Shown: in pieces, positions 38,452-52,922 of the stretch | Position numbering within the stretch: position 1 is the first letter of the stretch | Layout of the letters: each line of letters begins with the position of its first letter | Assembly: GCA_012295275.1 (NCBI GenBank) | Contig: CM022678.1 | Coordinates: 9,610,001 to 9,674,000, forward strand | Origin: Chrysomallon squamiferum | Taxonomy: Eukaryota; Animalia; Mollusca | Length of the DNA stretch: 64,000 nt | Reading direction: 5' to 3' | Notes under the pieces: model-generated | Seen by the model: only the letters and a program-made list of their open reading frames with translations | Database searches by the model: none | Told to the model about the DNA's origin: nothing | Translations under genes and position numbers: made by a program

Positions 38452-40085
38452 TTTAGGAATGAATATGCTGTGTCTTATGTACGTCTGATTCTAATCTGGA
38501 AGGCACTAGCACAGAAGTGCACTCACAAAGTCCGATGTCGCAGACGAGACTGGAAAGTGCGACATCCATTCCACCACACTTCTTAGACAGACGACAACAT
38601 CATTCGACCACTGAGACAACATCACTCGACCACTGAGACAACATCACTCGGCCAATGTGACATCACTCGACCACTGAGACATCACTCGACCAATGTGACA
38701 ACATCACTCGACCACTGAGACAACACCACTCGACCACTGAGACAACATCACTCGACCACTGTGACAACATCACTCGACCAATGTGACAACACCACTCGAC
38801 CACAGAGAAAACATCACTCGACCACTGAGACAACACCACTCGACCACTGAGACAACATCACTCGACCACTGAGACAACATCACTCGACCAATGTGACATC
38901 ACTCGACCACTGAGACATCACTCGACCAATGTGACAACATCACTCGACCACTGAGACAACACCACTCGACCACTGAGACAACATCACTCGACCACTGTGA
39001 CAACATCACTCGACCAATGTGACAACACCACTCGACCACAGAGAAAACATCACTCGACCACTGAGACAACACCACTCGACCACTGAGACAACATCACTCG
39101 ACCACTGAGACAACATCACTCGACCAATGTGACAACATCACTCGACAACTGAGACAACATCACTCGACCAATGTGACAACACCACTCGACCACAGAGAAA
39201 ACATCACTCGACCACTGAGACAACATCACTCGACCACTGAGACAACACCATTCGACCACTGAGACAACACCATTCGACCACAGAGAAAACATCACTCGAC
39301 CACAGAGAAAACATCACTCGACCACTGAGACAACATCACTCGACCACTGAGACAACATCACTCGACCAATGTGACAACATCACTCGACAACTGAGACAAC
39401 ATCACTCGACCAATGTGACAACACCACTCGACCACAGAGAAAACATCACTCGACCACTGAGACAACATCACTCGACCACTGAGACAACACCATTCGACCA
39501 CTGAGACAACACCATTCGACCACAGAGAAAACATCACTCGACCACAGAGAAAACATCACTCGACCACTGAGACAACATCACTCGACCACTGAGACAACAC
39601 CACTCGACCACAGAGAAAACACCACTCGACCACAGAGAAAACATCACTCGACCACTGAGACAACATCACTCGACCACTGAGACAACATCATTCGACCACT
39701 GAGACAACATCACTCGACCACTGTGACAACATCACTCAACCACTGAGACAACATCACTCGACCACTGAGACAACATCACTCGACCACTGTGACAACATCA
39801 CTCGACCACTGAGACAACATCACTCGACCACTGAGACAACATCACTCGACCACTGTGACAACATCATTCGACCACTGAGACAACATCACTCGACCACTGT
39901 GACAACATCATTCGACCACTGAGACAACATCACTCGACCACTGAGACAACATCACTCGACCACTGAGACAACACCACTCGACCACTGAGACAACACCACT
40001 CGACCACAGAGAAAACATCACTCGACCACTGAGACAACATACACCGAATGTACTCATCACTTGCCATCAAGCACGTGTTTTTTGT
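38452..40085 (-). pseudogene. Possible PAN/apple-like pseudo-exon interrupted by a 22-bp minisatellite
   Basis: Minus-strand flanks read KHVLDG/VMSTFGV (frameshifted), then VVSVVE*CCRLSKKCGGMDVALSSLVCDIGLCECTSVLVPSR. Cys spacing and L.G.V..T..V.S...C resemble PAN modules. Confidence 0.35.
38593..40039. repeat. 22-bp minisatellite, about 66 copies, with 11-monomer higher-order repeats
   Basis: Unit gacaacatcactcgaccactga. Diagnostic caatgtga variants fall at 38653, 38889, 39125 and 39367 (spacings 236, 236, 242). Confidence 0.97.
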
Positions 40086-40116
40086 TTTTGTTTGCTTGTT
40101 TTTTGTCTATGTATAT

Positions 40117-40239
<123 letters not shown>

Positions 40240-40979
40240 TGTGTTTTACACGTTATTTGATATACCGGTCGTGTAGCTTTGGTTTTCGCTGATTTAAAAT
40301 AATAATAATAATAATAATAATACTGCACCAAAAAGTAACTAGTTGTGATCATGGCCATCTAAAGTATTTTATCCGTGAAACCCAGCAATAGTGGAGGGCT
40401 GAAACCTTCATACAGATCAAACATGAGTTTACCTGTCTGTTTATTCGCTGCTTCATAATGCATAGCTTAATACGTGATACAGAATGAGTTTAATTAGTTT
40501 ACAGAGTGCCTTTATTATAATTATTAGTAGTATAGTAATAGTAGTAGTAGTAGCAGTACATAACTTTCTTTGTTAATTTAAAAGATAATAATAATAATAA
40601 TAATATTTTTCCTCTGTTTATTAGATACCTTTGTTTACTATTGTTAACACACACATACACACATACACACAAACACACACGGGTTTTAGACTAATTAATT
40701 CAGTATATTATAGTATATTTCTTTCATTGCCAAATCTGAACATGTACTCTTCGTTTCCATGCCTCAATGAGAGAACAATTCTTAATTGTTTGACAATGTC
40801 ATGTTCATTCAGGTGCAAATCGTTTAAGTGTCACGTTTATTAAAAATAATGTTTATTAAAAGTTATCAGAAATAATGTTTATTAAAAATGAAACATTATC
40901 ACAAATATACCCAAACTAGAAGTGTAATTGTAACATTTGCAAATTTAATACATTTTATCATTTTAATAACTATAATTAA

Positions 40980-41091
<112 letters not shown>

Positions 41092-41305
41092 ATACACCTA
41101 CAAATGTGTGTATGTGTGCTTGTTATAACAGATTATAATATAAAAATGAAATATTTACCAATGGCTCAGTCCATGCAAATATTAAATTACAAATAATAAA
41201 AGATATAAGGGAGAAAGGGAGATCCTTTTCATGTAAGAAAAGAAAGAAAGAAAAACTTTTTTACATTTCGTGTGTGTGTTTGTGTGTGTCTGTGTCTGTC
41301 TCTGT

Positions 41306-41358
<53 letters not shown>

Positions 41359-41370
41359 TTATTATTTTCT

Positions 41371-41408
<38 letters not shown>

Positions 41409-41483
41409 ATTATTTATTTATTTATTTATTTAATTTTAAATTCCGGTTTCTGATATCATTAACCAGCACTAATAATATAATAC

Positions 41484-41514
<31 letters not shown>

Positions 41515-41524
41515 GATGTTTTAA

Positions 41525-41573
<49 letters not shown>

Positions 41574-42141
41574 GATCTGCTTAAAAGAAAAAAAAATGTA
41601 ACAACTATTAGACATAAAAACAAGTTGGCGTTTAGCTGTGTATACACAATGACACGACAATCTTCATACCCAACTTGTTCAGTTTAACATTCTGTTTGTT
41701 TACCGAGGCGAAACTCACATGACTTTGTTTAGTCACGTTTTGAATATACGCAGTCAAAAATATATTACAAATTAATTCAGTTACAAACAAAAAGGAAAGA
41801 AGTACAAATGTAAATAACAAAAATAATAATAATAATAAAAAAGAAAAACTATTATTAATATTAGTAGTAGCATATGTTTGTTGATAATAATAGTATTAGG
41901 AGCAGTAGTAGTTGTTGTTGTTGTATAGTCAACGTACCTTTCAAAAAAAATCAGTAAATAAATAAAAATTAAAAAAATCATTACGCAAGACAAAATGGAA
42001 ACATACGTTAGCAGATGATGTTTAATCAGTTCCTGTCAGTCCACCGTGTTTGTGATTTTTATCAAACTTATATCCTGAATATCTTTAACAAAAAAACAAA
42101 CAAAAACAGTTAATGGTAAAATGACGTATAGTAAGCACACA

Positions 42142-42610
42142 CAGGGTCGGCGCTATCATACAGGCAAACAGTTTTGAAAAATAAATAAATAAATTTAATT
42201 TTTATTGACGGTCGCTTTTCATAATGTTTTATTTTATACAGGGACAAATAATCGGGTAGATTCAGTCTGACCGAAACAAACAAAATAAGTGGGTGAAAAT
42301 CGTGCGTACATGAAATTTTCAGAACCTAATTATGTTTGCAGGCCACGAGTTTTTCCGTAGAATCACGCGTATACGAAATCTTCACTTTGTCGCGGAATCA
42401 AACTGAAAGCGGTGCACCTTATTTTAATGGTATAAGCAAAGAAAGAAATGGCCTGTGGGATATTTAAATGTCCGTAACAGAAAAATCTTGCCTCTAGAGA
42501 TCGCATAGGATGTTGAAAATAAATGTTTTAAAAGTTTGAAATTGATATGTTCCTGGGGGTGACCGAACCTAACCTTGCCTGGGACGCCAGACATTCTGGC
42601 GCCGGCTCTC
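42142..42610. mobile_element. hAT-type MITE (about 470 bp), copy 1
   Basis: Imperfect TIRs cagggtcggcgcta / tggcgccggctctc. Flanks agcacaca / agtacaca give a 7/8 match to an 8-bp TSD. Confidence 0.75.
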
Positions 42611-42654
42611 AGTACACAACAGTAAGCGCACGCAGCCAGAATTTAACTCAGCAC

Positions 42655-42760
42655 GCACCTGACATTGATAAGAAATATTTTTCTCTCCTCGCTGAACGAC
42701 AACAATCAGCTGATCACATGACTCAGAACCACCGTGTGACAATGTCTGACGTGCTTGTTA
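42655..42760 (-). promoter_or_regulatory. Promoter/first-exon-like segment (duplicated at about 49142-49245)
   Basis: TGAGTCA (AP-1), CATGTG and CAGCTG (E-boxes) and CpGs, followed on the minus strand by a cag|gtgcgt donor. A downstream AG/GT-bounded exon lies near 42007-42082. Confidence 0.3.
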
Positions 42761-43015
42761 TCATCATCTAGGGTCCGTTTTAAACACAATGAGAGGGATT
42801 AGTAAATTCAAACGAATTATCGTCATGGTATAATACTACACTCATCCACTAGACAAGTAACACGCTAACAGCTTGAGTTTATTAATTTAGAAACATATTT
42901 TATAATATTACAAAACAAAAAAAACAAAAATATTATTTACGGGTATTGGGAAAGCTAATTTAAAAAACGGAATCAGTCAACTGAAGCCTATTAAGAAGCC
43001 TCAACATGTCAGGAC

Positions 43016-43203
43016 AAATCTAACCCTAACCCGCTCTCAAAAGCTTATCAAAACAAGATCAGAATTTCGAGGTCCAGTCACCTCCATTTCATAAAATGGC
43101 CCTCCGGACTGTGCAAAGATTACAAATTATTAGATTACTGCAGATGTCAATGAAAACATCGAATTCAAAGAGCAAGAGAAGCCAGCCTAGACTGACACAT
43201 TTT
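43016..43203. repeat. Copy C of the CTAACCCTAACCC element (lacks the left about 50 bp)
   Basis: Perfect motif at 43020-43032; ends ctagactgacacatttt. Confidence 0.85.
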
Positions 43204-43249
43204 AAACTGCGTAACAATATCTGATGTGCTCGTTATCATCATCGTGAAA

Positions 43250-43480
43250 CATATACCCCTTTAATAACAAAGATTGCAAAATTTCTCAACAATAAGAAAA
43301 ACCTAACCTACTGTCAAACGCATATCTAAATAAGGCCAAACTTTCGAGGTCCGGTGACCTCCACTTCATAAAAGGTTTGGCCTGATTGTGCAAAGATTAC
43401 AAATTATTAAATTACTGAAGATGTCAATGAAAACATCGAATTCAAAGAGCAAAAGAAGCCAGCCTAGACTGACAAATTTT
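43250..43480. repeat. Copy D (degenerate) of the CTAACCCTAACCC element, tandem to copy C
   Basis: Motif reduced to cctaacctac; the remainder aligns. Absent from duplicon copy 2. Confidence 0.8.
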
Positions 43481-44033
43481 AAAGTTTTGTTTGTTACGTA
43501 AAACTCGTCATAGGTAATTATCTTAATTCTAAAAGTTTAAAACTTTCTATGTTTTCTATACAAAAACCGAAGTTTATTTACTTATTATAATTACTAACAC
43601 ACACACACACAGTTTTTTCTAGCGTTTATAGTTGCTTTATATTGTCTCTATTTTATATATAGACTTCACAGTGTTAAGGTTATATACATATAAACATTAT
43701 TACTTTATGAAGATTATCTACAGCTAGTATTAGAAGAGAAATGTATCCACTGAAAACAGTTTCAAAGACATCCGTTTTTAATCTATAACAAAGGCAACCT
43801 TGAATATCTGCTACCATAAAATTCTCGTTTTGTTTTAGCTTTTCGACGTTTGAACCTAACCCCATATTATGGTGATTATTTCCTTTAGCAGATAAATTTT
43901 CGATTATCTCCCCTCCTCTGATGTTCTGATATATGCTCATGCATGTGTTCCTGCTGTGTCGGACATTTTAAAATTCTTTTGATACGACTGAGAAAATGTA
44001 ACATGTTTTCAGTCTAGATTTTATATAATAGTC

Positions 44034-44065
<32 letters not shown>

Positions 44066-44068
44066 AAC

Positions 44069-44113
<45 letters not shown>

Positions 44114-44245
44114 TAAAAATTGTTTATAAATCTTAATAAGTCTTAAATCTAACTGTAAACCTACCCTTAGCCAATCCTCCCCCAGACTTTTTATTGTTGT
44201 TGAATTCAACTGAGAGATAATTTTTTTGAAACAAGATGTCTTAGA

Positions 44246-44349
<104 letters not shown>

Positions 44350-44351
44350 AC

Positions 44352-44384
<33 letters not shown>

Positions 44385-46382
44385 AACAAACACACACACA
44401 TATAAAATCAAACTCATTGTTAATAAATATGATTTTCTTCCCTGATTTGATCCTCAAATAAGACTGACATCTATTGCAATGTCCTAACTCCATTATAATG
44501 CTAAAGCATCCTTATAATCTATTTATAACACAGTGTTAAAACATACCTATATCTATTTATAACACACACACAGAAATGAAACAAATATGAAATGTACTGA
44601 TCATTATATTCTGCAACAGGAAACACCCACATTATATATCCCTATGCAGTGTTTATAGTATTCACTGAATATGTACATAACAAAGAAATTAATAAAGAAC
44701 CAGTATTACAGTACTCCCTCAATTACTTATGCTATTGTTATTTTCATTACCTTTTACTATTATTACTATTGCTACTATTATTTATATTACTACTACTATT
44801 ATAATGTTAGTAAGTGCTACTATTATTCTTTTACTTTGTTTCTGTTATTTCATGTATGACTAGCGTAACATTATCTGTATCAGTATTTTCACAATCACAT
44901 CTATTACTTCTACTATTATTTCAAAACTATATAAATAAAAATGTTCCTCACTCTTAGGAAACTATTTCTCAAGTCTGATGAAATATGTAATGAAAAACAG
45001 AAAACAAAATAATTTGAAATATTTATTTGAACACGAAAAAGAAAAGTTCAACATCAAAACTACTTTTTCATATGAAAAAGATAATTTTAGAAAAGCCTCA
45101 ACAAAAACCTTAATAAATAATTTAGAGAAATATGATATAAGATGTATCTGGACTTTCAAATCAAAAATTATTTTAAATGTTTATAAAGGTTTAAGGTGCT
45201 GAGAATGCTACAAAACAAGATTTCTAATTCAATAAAAGAATATTAATGACTTTTTAATACAATATTAACAACTTGACATACAATGTAATCTGCAAATTAA
45301 TCATTAAGAAAATATCTTCCAAACAACATATCTTCTTCCATTTTATGTTTTATTAGCATACTTTTCCATAAATCTTTTACCAGTACATTAATAAAAAAAT
45401 AATCATAAGAATAAAATTATCTCCCTTGAGCTATACAATTTGTAGTTTTTTTAAAGCAGTAAATCAAGGATTTCTACATCAGTCATTTTTAAAAATAATT
45501 TCTTTTTCACACACTTGACTGTCTGGTCCAAACATTCTGTCCACTCGTCTATGTCTGACTGTATCTTGCATGAATGACACTTTGAATCTGAAATCACAGT
45601 TTCACAGATTTATAAATTCTTCAGTAAGTGCAGTCCACATAACAAGTAACTGTTTTTTTCAGTCCTTCATATTTGTTGTGAAGATATTTTATCTTCTGCT
45701 GTTAAGTTTGTTCAGTACAGTGAGAAAACTTGAAGAACTGGGAGATAAACACAACAAGTCACTTAGAATCAATGTCACTTCTCACATTTTCTTTCATTCT
45801 CAAAACAAGCTTATGAAAAAGGACCCTGAAAAAAATAAAATAAATATTATTAATTACAATAATAGTCAGAGTTGTATAAACAATATTATACAATTTACCA
45901 TGAAAGTAGATATGAGTCAAATGGTATGGGTTATGACTTAATTATTTTCATGACTTTTTACTTATTGTTAAAAAGCCATTTATTCCATTGACAAAATCAA
46001 TTTACTTTAGCATTGTATTTATTTCATTTCACTTTATTTCATTGTGAATCATTTATTTCAGTTCAGTTCAGTTCAATTCATTATTGTATTGTATTCCATT
46101 GTAGTGCATTGTATTTGATTTATTTGATTTTATTGTATTATTACTTCATTTCATTTATTGTATTTCACAGCATCCCACTACATTTCATTTAATTTCATTG
46201 TATTTCATTTTAGTGTATAATCATATATCATTTCATTTCATTGATTTCACTGTATTTGCTTTGATTCCCTTCAATTCACTGATATGTATGTATATGGAGG
46301 TTTTAATGTGTGTCAATCTTTGCATGTACATCTGTTGATGTGTGTGTGTGTGTGTGTGTGTGTTATATTAATATATATCTAC

Positions 46383-48177
46383 CTCTACAAGTAATTTTGT
46401 CAGTTTCCCACTTATAACCATCCATATAGGAACATGTGAAGCCTCCATCTTAGTAGTTTTAGTTCTGAGTATAAATATTGTTGAATTACATTCATTTATA
46501 TCTGAAAAAATAAATCATATCTCAATAATTAACAACAATTAAACATACGCCTACATTTTGACAAGTTTCTGAAATTATTCAAATATCATTTACACAGAAA
46601 TTATTTATAAGAAAAATGTGGATTACCCAAAATTTAAGATTCAGAGATTCTGCGAGGTTTTGAGCAGTTTATAAAATTATTCAGGTTTGATATAACTATT
46701 ATTAATAAAAATTAAAATTATTCATAGACCTTGACAAGTTTCTGAAATAGTATTAACTGCTTTGAAATTTTTCTTAATTCCAGAAAAGAGAAGTTTAACT
46801 TAACTATTTGAATAGCACAAAAGCTACTAATGCATACCCAAGCTGCAAACCGATTGTTGATTATATAATGATCATGACGTTATTAATAATAATAATAAAA
46901 AAGAACAGATAATGGTAGAAATGCTGACCACTCAGATTCAAAGAGATAACACTTAAATTCGAAATATGAATAAACTAAGAATGCTTGAAGTGAACAATTT
47001 AACCTGAGAACCAGATAGAACTGACTCACCTGAGCATGTTTTGTTGTCTGAATTCAAGGTAAACATTTCTACTCAAACACTGCTCCACTGTGTCATGCAC
47101 CCTGCAGCCCTGTTCACACGAACTGTTCACTGCAGCACTGTCACAACTGAACATAAAATATTTTTATAACTTTATTACATTTTGTCACAACAAAATAATT
47201 TACAATTTTATCACATTCTGGTACAAATGAAAATAAACTAGTTTATAATTTTATCAAATTTTGTCACAATTAAAATAACAAGAACAGATGTAGCTTTTCT
47301 CATTGGTAGTTCAAGAATAATACCAAGCATTCATTCAGCTATAAAACAAAATATATTTTACATGAATGAACGAGTGAATAAATATCTGTTTAATAATAGT
47401 TTAATTATTAGTTGGCTAACATTATTTTTATTTTTATTTTTGTTATTTATTTATTTTTTTAATTTTTTTTATAATGTTCTTAAAAATTAATGTGACTCAA
47501 ACTGCAAAAATAAAGTTAGCTGGTACCAAACAGTGTTTGTTTTTGTTTATTTTTTGTTGTTTTTAACAATTTTAATTTCTTAGTCACTGAAATTTTGAAT
47601 AAACAAAAATTATTGACAAGTATAAAATGATATTTTTTGATTATTATATTTATTTATTATATTTTATTGCAGAAAAAGTAAATTTTGTGACTGAGATATT
47701 AATTAACTCATTTCTATGTGATTCTTTCAGTTTAAAACATCCATTCTGTTTTCTTTGGTAATTAAAATCACAAAAATATGTACAAAATTCATCAATCATT
47801 TAACTATTTCTTAAATAATAAGAAATCATTTCTAACATGTAACTGTTTATTAAATAAAAAATCATTTATAACATGTAACTATTTATTAAATAATAAGAAA
47901 TCATTTGTAACATTATAGCTCTTTATTAAATATAACATTATAATTTCAACTTGTTACCAAATTTTTAATATTGAGTAATTAACTATTTATTTAGTATACC
48001 CTACTCACCTACACATTCGTCTGACAAGTTGTGATATCCTGTCTTACACTCAAATGACAGGAGACTGGCAGGTTTTTGCAGTTGCTGTTTGCTTGACATG
48101 AAACTGTTGAAACACTACATTCATCTCTGTTGTTTTCACATCACACACCACCCAGCCAGCTCTACACTGACAATGGT
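46383..48177 (-). pseudogene. Duplicated EGF-repeat exons (copy 1)
   Basis: Exons 48009-48177, 47030-47146 and 46383-46501 are paralogous to 54541-54709, 53562-53678 and 52923-53040. Confidence 0.85.
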
Positions 48178-48626
48178 CTGAGAGGGAAAAATAAAATTTG
48201 TTTAGTCACGTTTTGAATATACGCAGTCAAAAATATATTACAAATTAATTCAGTTACAAACAAAAAGGAAAGAAGTACAAATGTAAATAACAAAAATAAT
48301 AATAATAATAAAAAAGAAAAACGTAATTAACAAATCTATTATTAATATTAGTAGTAGCCATATGTTTGTTGATAATAATAATTAGGAGCAGTAGTAGTTG
48401 TTGTTGTTGTATAGTCAACGTACCTTTCAAAAAAATAAATAAATAAATAAAAAAATAAAAAATCATTACGCAAGACAAAATGGAAACATACATTAGCAGA
48501 TGATGTTTAATCAGTTCCTGTCAGTCCACCGTGTTTGTGTTTTTTATCAAACTTATATCCTGAATATCTTTAACAAAAAAACAAACAAAAACAGTTAATG
48601 GTAAAATGACATATAGTAAGTACACA

Positions 48627-49097
48627 CAGGGTCGGCGCTATCATACAGGCAAACAGTTTTGAAAAATAAATAAATAAATTTAATTTTTATTGACGGTCGC
48701 TTTTCATAATGTTTTATTTTAAACAGGGACAAATAATCGGGTAGATTCAGTCTGAACGAAACAAACAAAATAAGTGAGTGAAAATCGTGTGTACATGAAA
48801 TTTTCAGAACCTAATTATGTTTGCACGCCACGAGTTTTTCCGTAGAATCACGCGTATACGAAATCTTCACTTTGTCGCGGAATCAAACTGAAAGCGGTGC
48901 ACCTTATTTTAATGGTATAAGCAAGGAAAGAAATGGACTGTGTGGGATATTTAAATGTCCGTAACAGAAAAATTTTGCCTCTAGAGATCGCATAGGATGT
49001 TGAAAATAAATGTTTTAAAAGTTTGAAATTGATATGTTCCTGGGGGTGACCGAACCTAACCTTGCCTGGGACGCCAGACATTCTGGCGCCGGCTCTC
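48627..49097. mobile_element. hAT-type MITE (471 bp), copy 2
   Basis: Perfect 8-bp TSD agtacaca (48619-48626 and 49098-49105) and imperfect CAGGG(T/C)CGGCGC TIRs. An 8-bp TSD with CAG termini is typical of hAT elements. Confidence 0.8.
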
Positions 49098-49501
49098 AGT
49101 ACACAACAATAAGCGCACGCAGCCAGAATTTAACTCAGCACGCACCTGATATTGATAAGAAATATTTTTCTATCCTCGCTGAACGACAACAATCAGCTGA
49201 TCACATGACTCAGAACCACCGCGTGACACGGTCTGACGTGCTTGTTATCATCATCTATTGTCGTGTTTAGAACACAATGAGAGGGATTAGTAAATTCAAA
49301 CGAATTATCGTCATGGTATTATACTACACTCATCCACTAGATAAATAACACGCCAACAGCTTAAGTTTATTAATTTAGAAACATATTTTATAATATTACA
49401 AAAGAAAAAAAAGAAGTATTATTTACGGGTACTGGGAAAGGTAATTTAAAAAACGGAATCAGTCAACTGAAGCCTATTAAGAAGCCTCAACACGTCAGGA
49501 C

Positions 49502-49689
49502 AAATCTAACCCTAGCCCGCTGTCGAACGCTTATCAAAACAAGATCAGAATTTCGAAATCCAGTGACCTCCATTTCATGAAAGGGCCCTCCGGACTGTGC
49601 AAAGATTACAAATTATTAAATTACTGTAGATGTCAATGAAAACATCGAATTCAAAGAGCAAGAGAAGCCAGCCTAGACTGACACATTTT
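49502..49689. repeat. Copy E of the CTAACCCTAACCC element
   Basis: Motif variant ctaaccctagccc at 49506-49518. Confidence 0.85.
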
Positions 49690-49804
49690 AAAACTTTGTT
49701 TGTTACACAAAACTCGTCATAGCTAATTATCTTAATTCTAAAAGTTTAAAACTTTGTATGTTTGTTATACAAAACCCGCAGTTTATTTACTTATTATAAT
49801 TACT

Positions 49805-49848
<44 letters not shown>

Positions 49849-50404
49849 TTTTTCTAGCGTTTATAGTTGCTTTATATTGTCTCTATTTTATATATAGACT
49901 TCACAGTGTTAAGATTATATACATATAAACATTATTACTTTATTAGCTAGTATATAGAAGAGAAATGTATCTACTGAAAACAGTTTCAAAGACATCCGTT
50001 TTTAATCTATAACAAAGGCCACCTTGAATATCTGCTACCATAAAATTGTTTTAGATTATGGTGGTTATTGCTTTTAGCTGATAAATTTTCGATTATCTCC
50101 CCTCCTCTGATGTTCTGATATATGCTCATGCATGTGTATCCTGTTGTGTCGGACATTTTAAAATTCTTTTGATACGACTGAGAAAATGTCACATGTTTTC
50201 AGTTCTAGATTTTATATAACAGTCAAAAAAAAAAAAAAAAAAAAAAAAAGAAACATAAAAAAAAGAATTGTTTATAAATCTTAGTAAGTCTTAAATCGAA
50301 CTGTAAACCTACACTTAGCCAGTCCTCCCCGCATTTTTTTTTTTTTTTTGTTGAATTCAACTGAGATAATTATTTTGAAACAAGATAATGTCTTAGACTT
50401 TAAC

Positions 50405-50485
<81 letters not shown>

Positions 50486-50798
50486 GTTTATCTCTAGGGA
50501 ATAAAGCTGAGACAACGCAGTGAACTTTAGTCTTGTTTCGATCACTCGTGTTTTGATAAAAAGTTAATTTGATAGGAACAACACAGACAACACATATTTC
50601 AAATTGTGGTCATAGAACTTTTTGAATTTGCAATATATATATTTATATTTAATTCAGAGCAACTAAATTTTATTAGATTAAAATAATGGTTCTGGCAAAT
50701 TCAATCAATGACAAATTTGTCACAATGAAATTAGAATTCACAGAACAATCTAACTTTTACAAGCACAGTAATAGTATTTGTATTAACATAGACTTTAA

Positions 50799-50893
<95 letters not shown>

Positions 50894-52857
50894 ATCTATT
50901 GCAATGTCCTAATTCCATTATAATGCTAAAGCATCCTTATAATCTATTTATAACACAGTGTTAAAACATACCTATATCTATTTATAACACACACAGAAAA
51001 ATGAAACAAATATGAAATTACTGATCATTATATTCTGCAACAGGAAACACCCACATTATATATTGCTAAGCAGTGTTTATAGTGTTCACTGAATATGTAC
51101 ATAACAAAGAAATTAATAACAGAACCAGTATTACAGTACTCCCTCAATTACTTATGCTATTGTTATTTTCATTACCTCTTACTATTATTACTATTGCTAC
51201 TATTATTTATATTACTACTACTATTATAATGTTAGTAAGTGCTACTGTTCATCTATTAGTTTGCTTCTGTTATTTCATATATGACTAGTGTAACATTATC
51301 TGTATCACCACTTCCACAATCACATCTATTACTTCTACTATTATTTCAAAACTATATATATAAAAATATTCCTCACTCTTAGGGAACTATTTCGCAAGTC
51401 TGATGAAAATGCTAGCTACAAATATGTAATGAAAAACAGAAACCAAAATAATTTGAAATATTTATTTGAACACGAAAAAGAAAAGATCAACATCAAAACT
51501 ACTGTTTCATATGAAAAAGATAATTTTAGAAAAGCCTCAATAAAAATCTTAATAAATAATTTAGAGAAATATGATATAAGATGTATCTGAACTTTCAAAT
51601 CAAAAATTATTTTAAATGTTTATAAAGGTTTAAGGTGCTGAGAATGCTACAAAACAAGATTTCTAATTCAATAAAAGAATATTAATAATTTTTTTTTCAA
51701 AAATACCAAGACATTTGTTAGAAAAAATTACTAAACAACTTGAGATACAATGTAATCTGCAAATATCTTCCAAACAACAGATCTTCTTCCATTTTATGTT
51801 TTATCAGCATACTTTTTCATAAATCTTTTACCAGTACATTAATAAAAAAATAATCATAATAATAAACTTATCTCCCTTGAGCTACACAATTTGTAGTTTT
51901 TTAAAGCAGTAAATCAAGGATTTCTACATCAGACATTTTTAAAAATAATTTCTTTTTCACACACTTGACTGTCTGGTCCAAACATTCTGTCTACTGGTCT
52001 ATGTCTGACTGTATCTTGCATGAATGACACTTTGAATCTGAAATCACAGTTTCACAGATTTATAAATTCTTCAGTAAGTGCAGTCCACATAACAAGTAAC
52101 TGTTTTTTTTCAGTCCTTCATATTTGTTGTGAAGATATTTTATCTTCTGCTGTTTCTTCTGTTTTGTTTGTTCAGTACGGTGAGAAAACTTGAAGAACTG
52201 GGAGATAAACACAACAAGTCATTTAGAATCAATGTCACTTCTCACATTTTCTTTCATTCTCAAAACAAGCTTATGAAAAAGGACCCTGAAGAAAATAAAA
52301 TAAATATTATTAATTACAATAATAGTCAGAGTTGTATAAACAATATTATACAATTTACCATGAAAGTAGATATGAGTCAAATGGGATGGGTTATGACTTA
52401 ATTATTTTCATAACTTTTTACTTACTGTTAAAATGCCATTTATTCCATGGACAAAATCAATTTACTTTAGCATTGTATTTATTTCATTTCAATTTATTTC
52501 ATTGTGAATCATTTAATTTATTTCAGTTCAGTTCAGTTCAATTCATTTATTGTATTGTATTGCATTGTATTGTATTGTATTTGATTTGATTTGATTTATT
52601 TGATTTTATTGTATTATTATTTCATTTCATTTCATTTATTGTATTTCACAGCACCCCACTACATTTCATTTAATTTCATTTCAGTGTATAATCATATATC
52701 ATTTCATTTCATTGATTTCACTGTTTTTGCTTTGATTTCCTTCAATTCACTGTATATGTATGTATATGGAGGTTTGTGTGTGTGCATGTTTTAATGTGTG
52801 TCAATCTTTGCATGTGCATGTGTTGATGTGTGTAAATCTTTGGAGGTGTGTGTGTTG

Positions 52858-52903
<46 letters not shown>

Positions 52904-52922
52904 TATACTAATATGTATCTAC

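Noticed and set aside
35938-40039. CRISPR-like appearance of the 46-bp and 22-bp arrays (also the 42-bp array)
   Set aside because: The monomers are head-to-tail with no unique spacers, there are no cas genes, and the context is eukaryotic.
38593-40039. Minus-strand GTGGTCGAGTGGT resembles a tRNA A-box
   Set aside because: No B-box or cloverleaf nearby, and the monomer is continuous with unique flanks.
42580-42610. ctggcgccggct matches a stretch of the HDV ribozyme
   Set aside because: The nested double pseudoknot cannot be formed, and the sequence is explained as the MITE terminal inverted repeat.
42547-42771. 74-78-aa ORF present in both duplicon copies
   Set aside because: It straddles the MITE end and its flank; similarity between copies simply reflects the duplication, and no domain is recognisable.
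45300-45826. Terminal coding exon of the EGF-repeat gene (and its copy at about 51770-52286)
   Set aside because: A minus-strand acceptor is present, but the frame has many stops and no recognisable domain, so it cannot be assigned.
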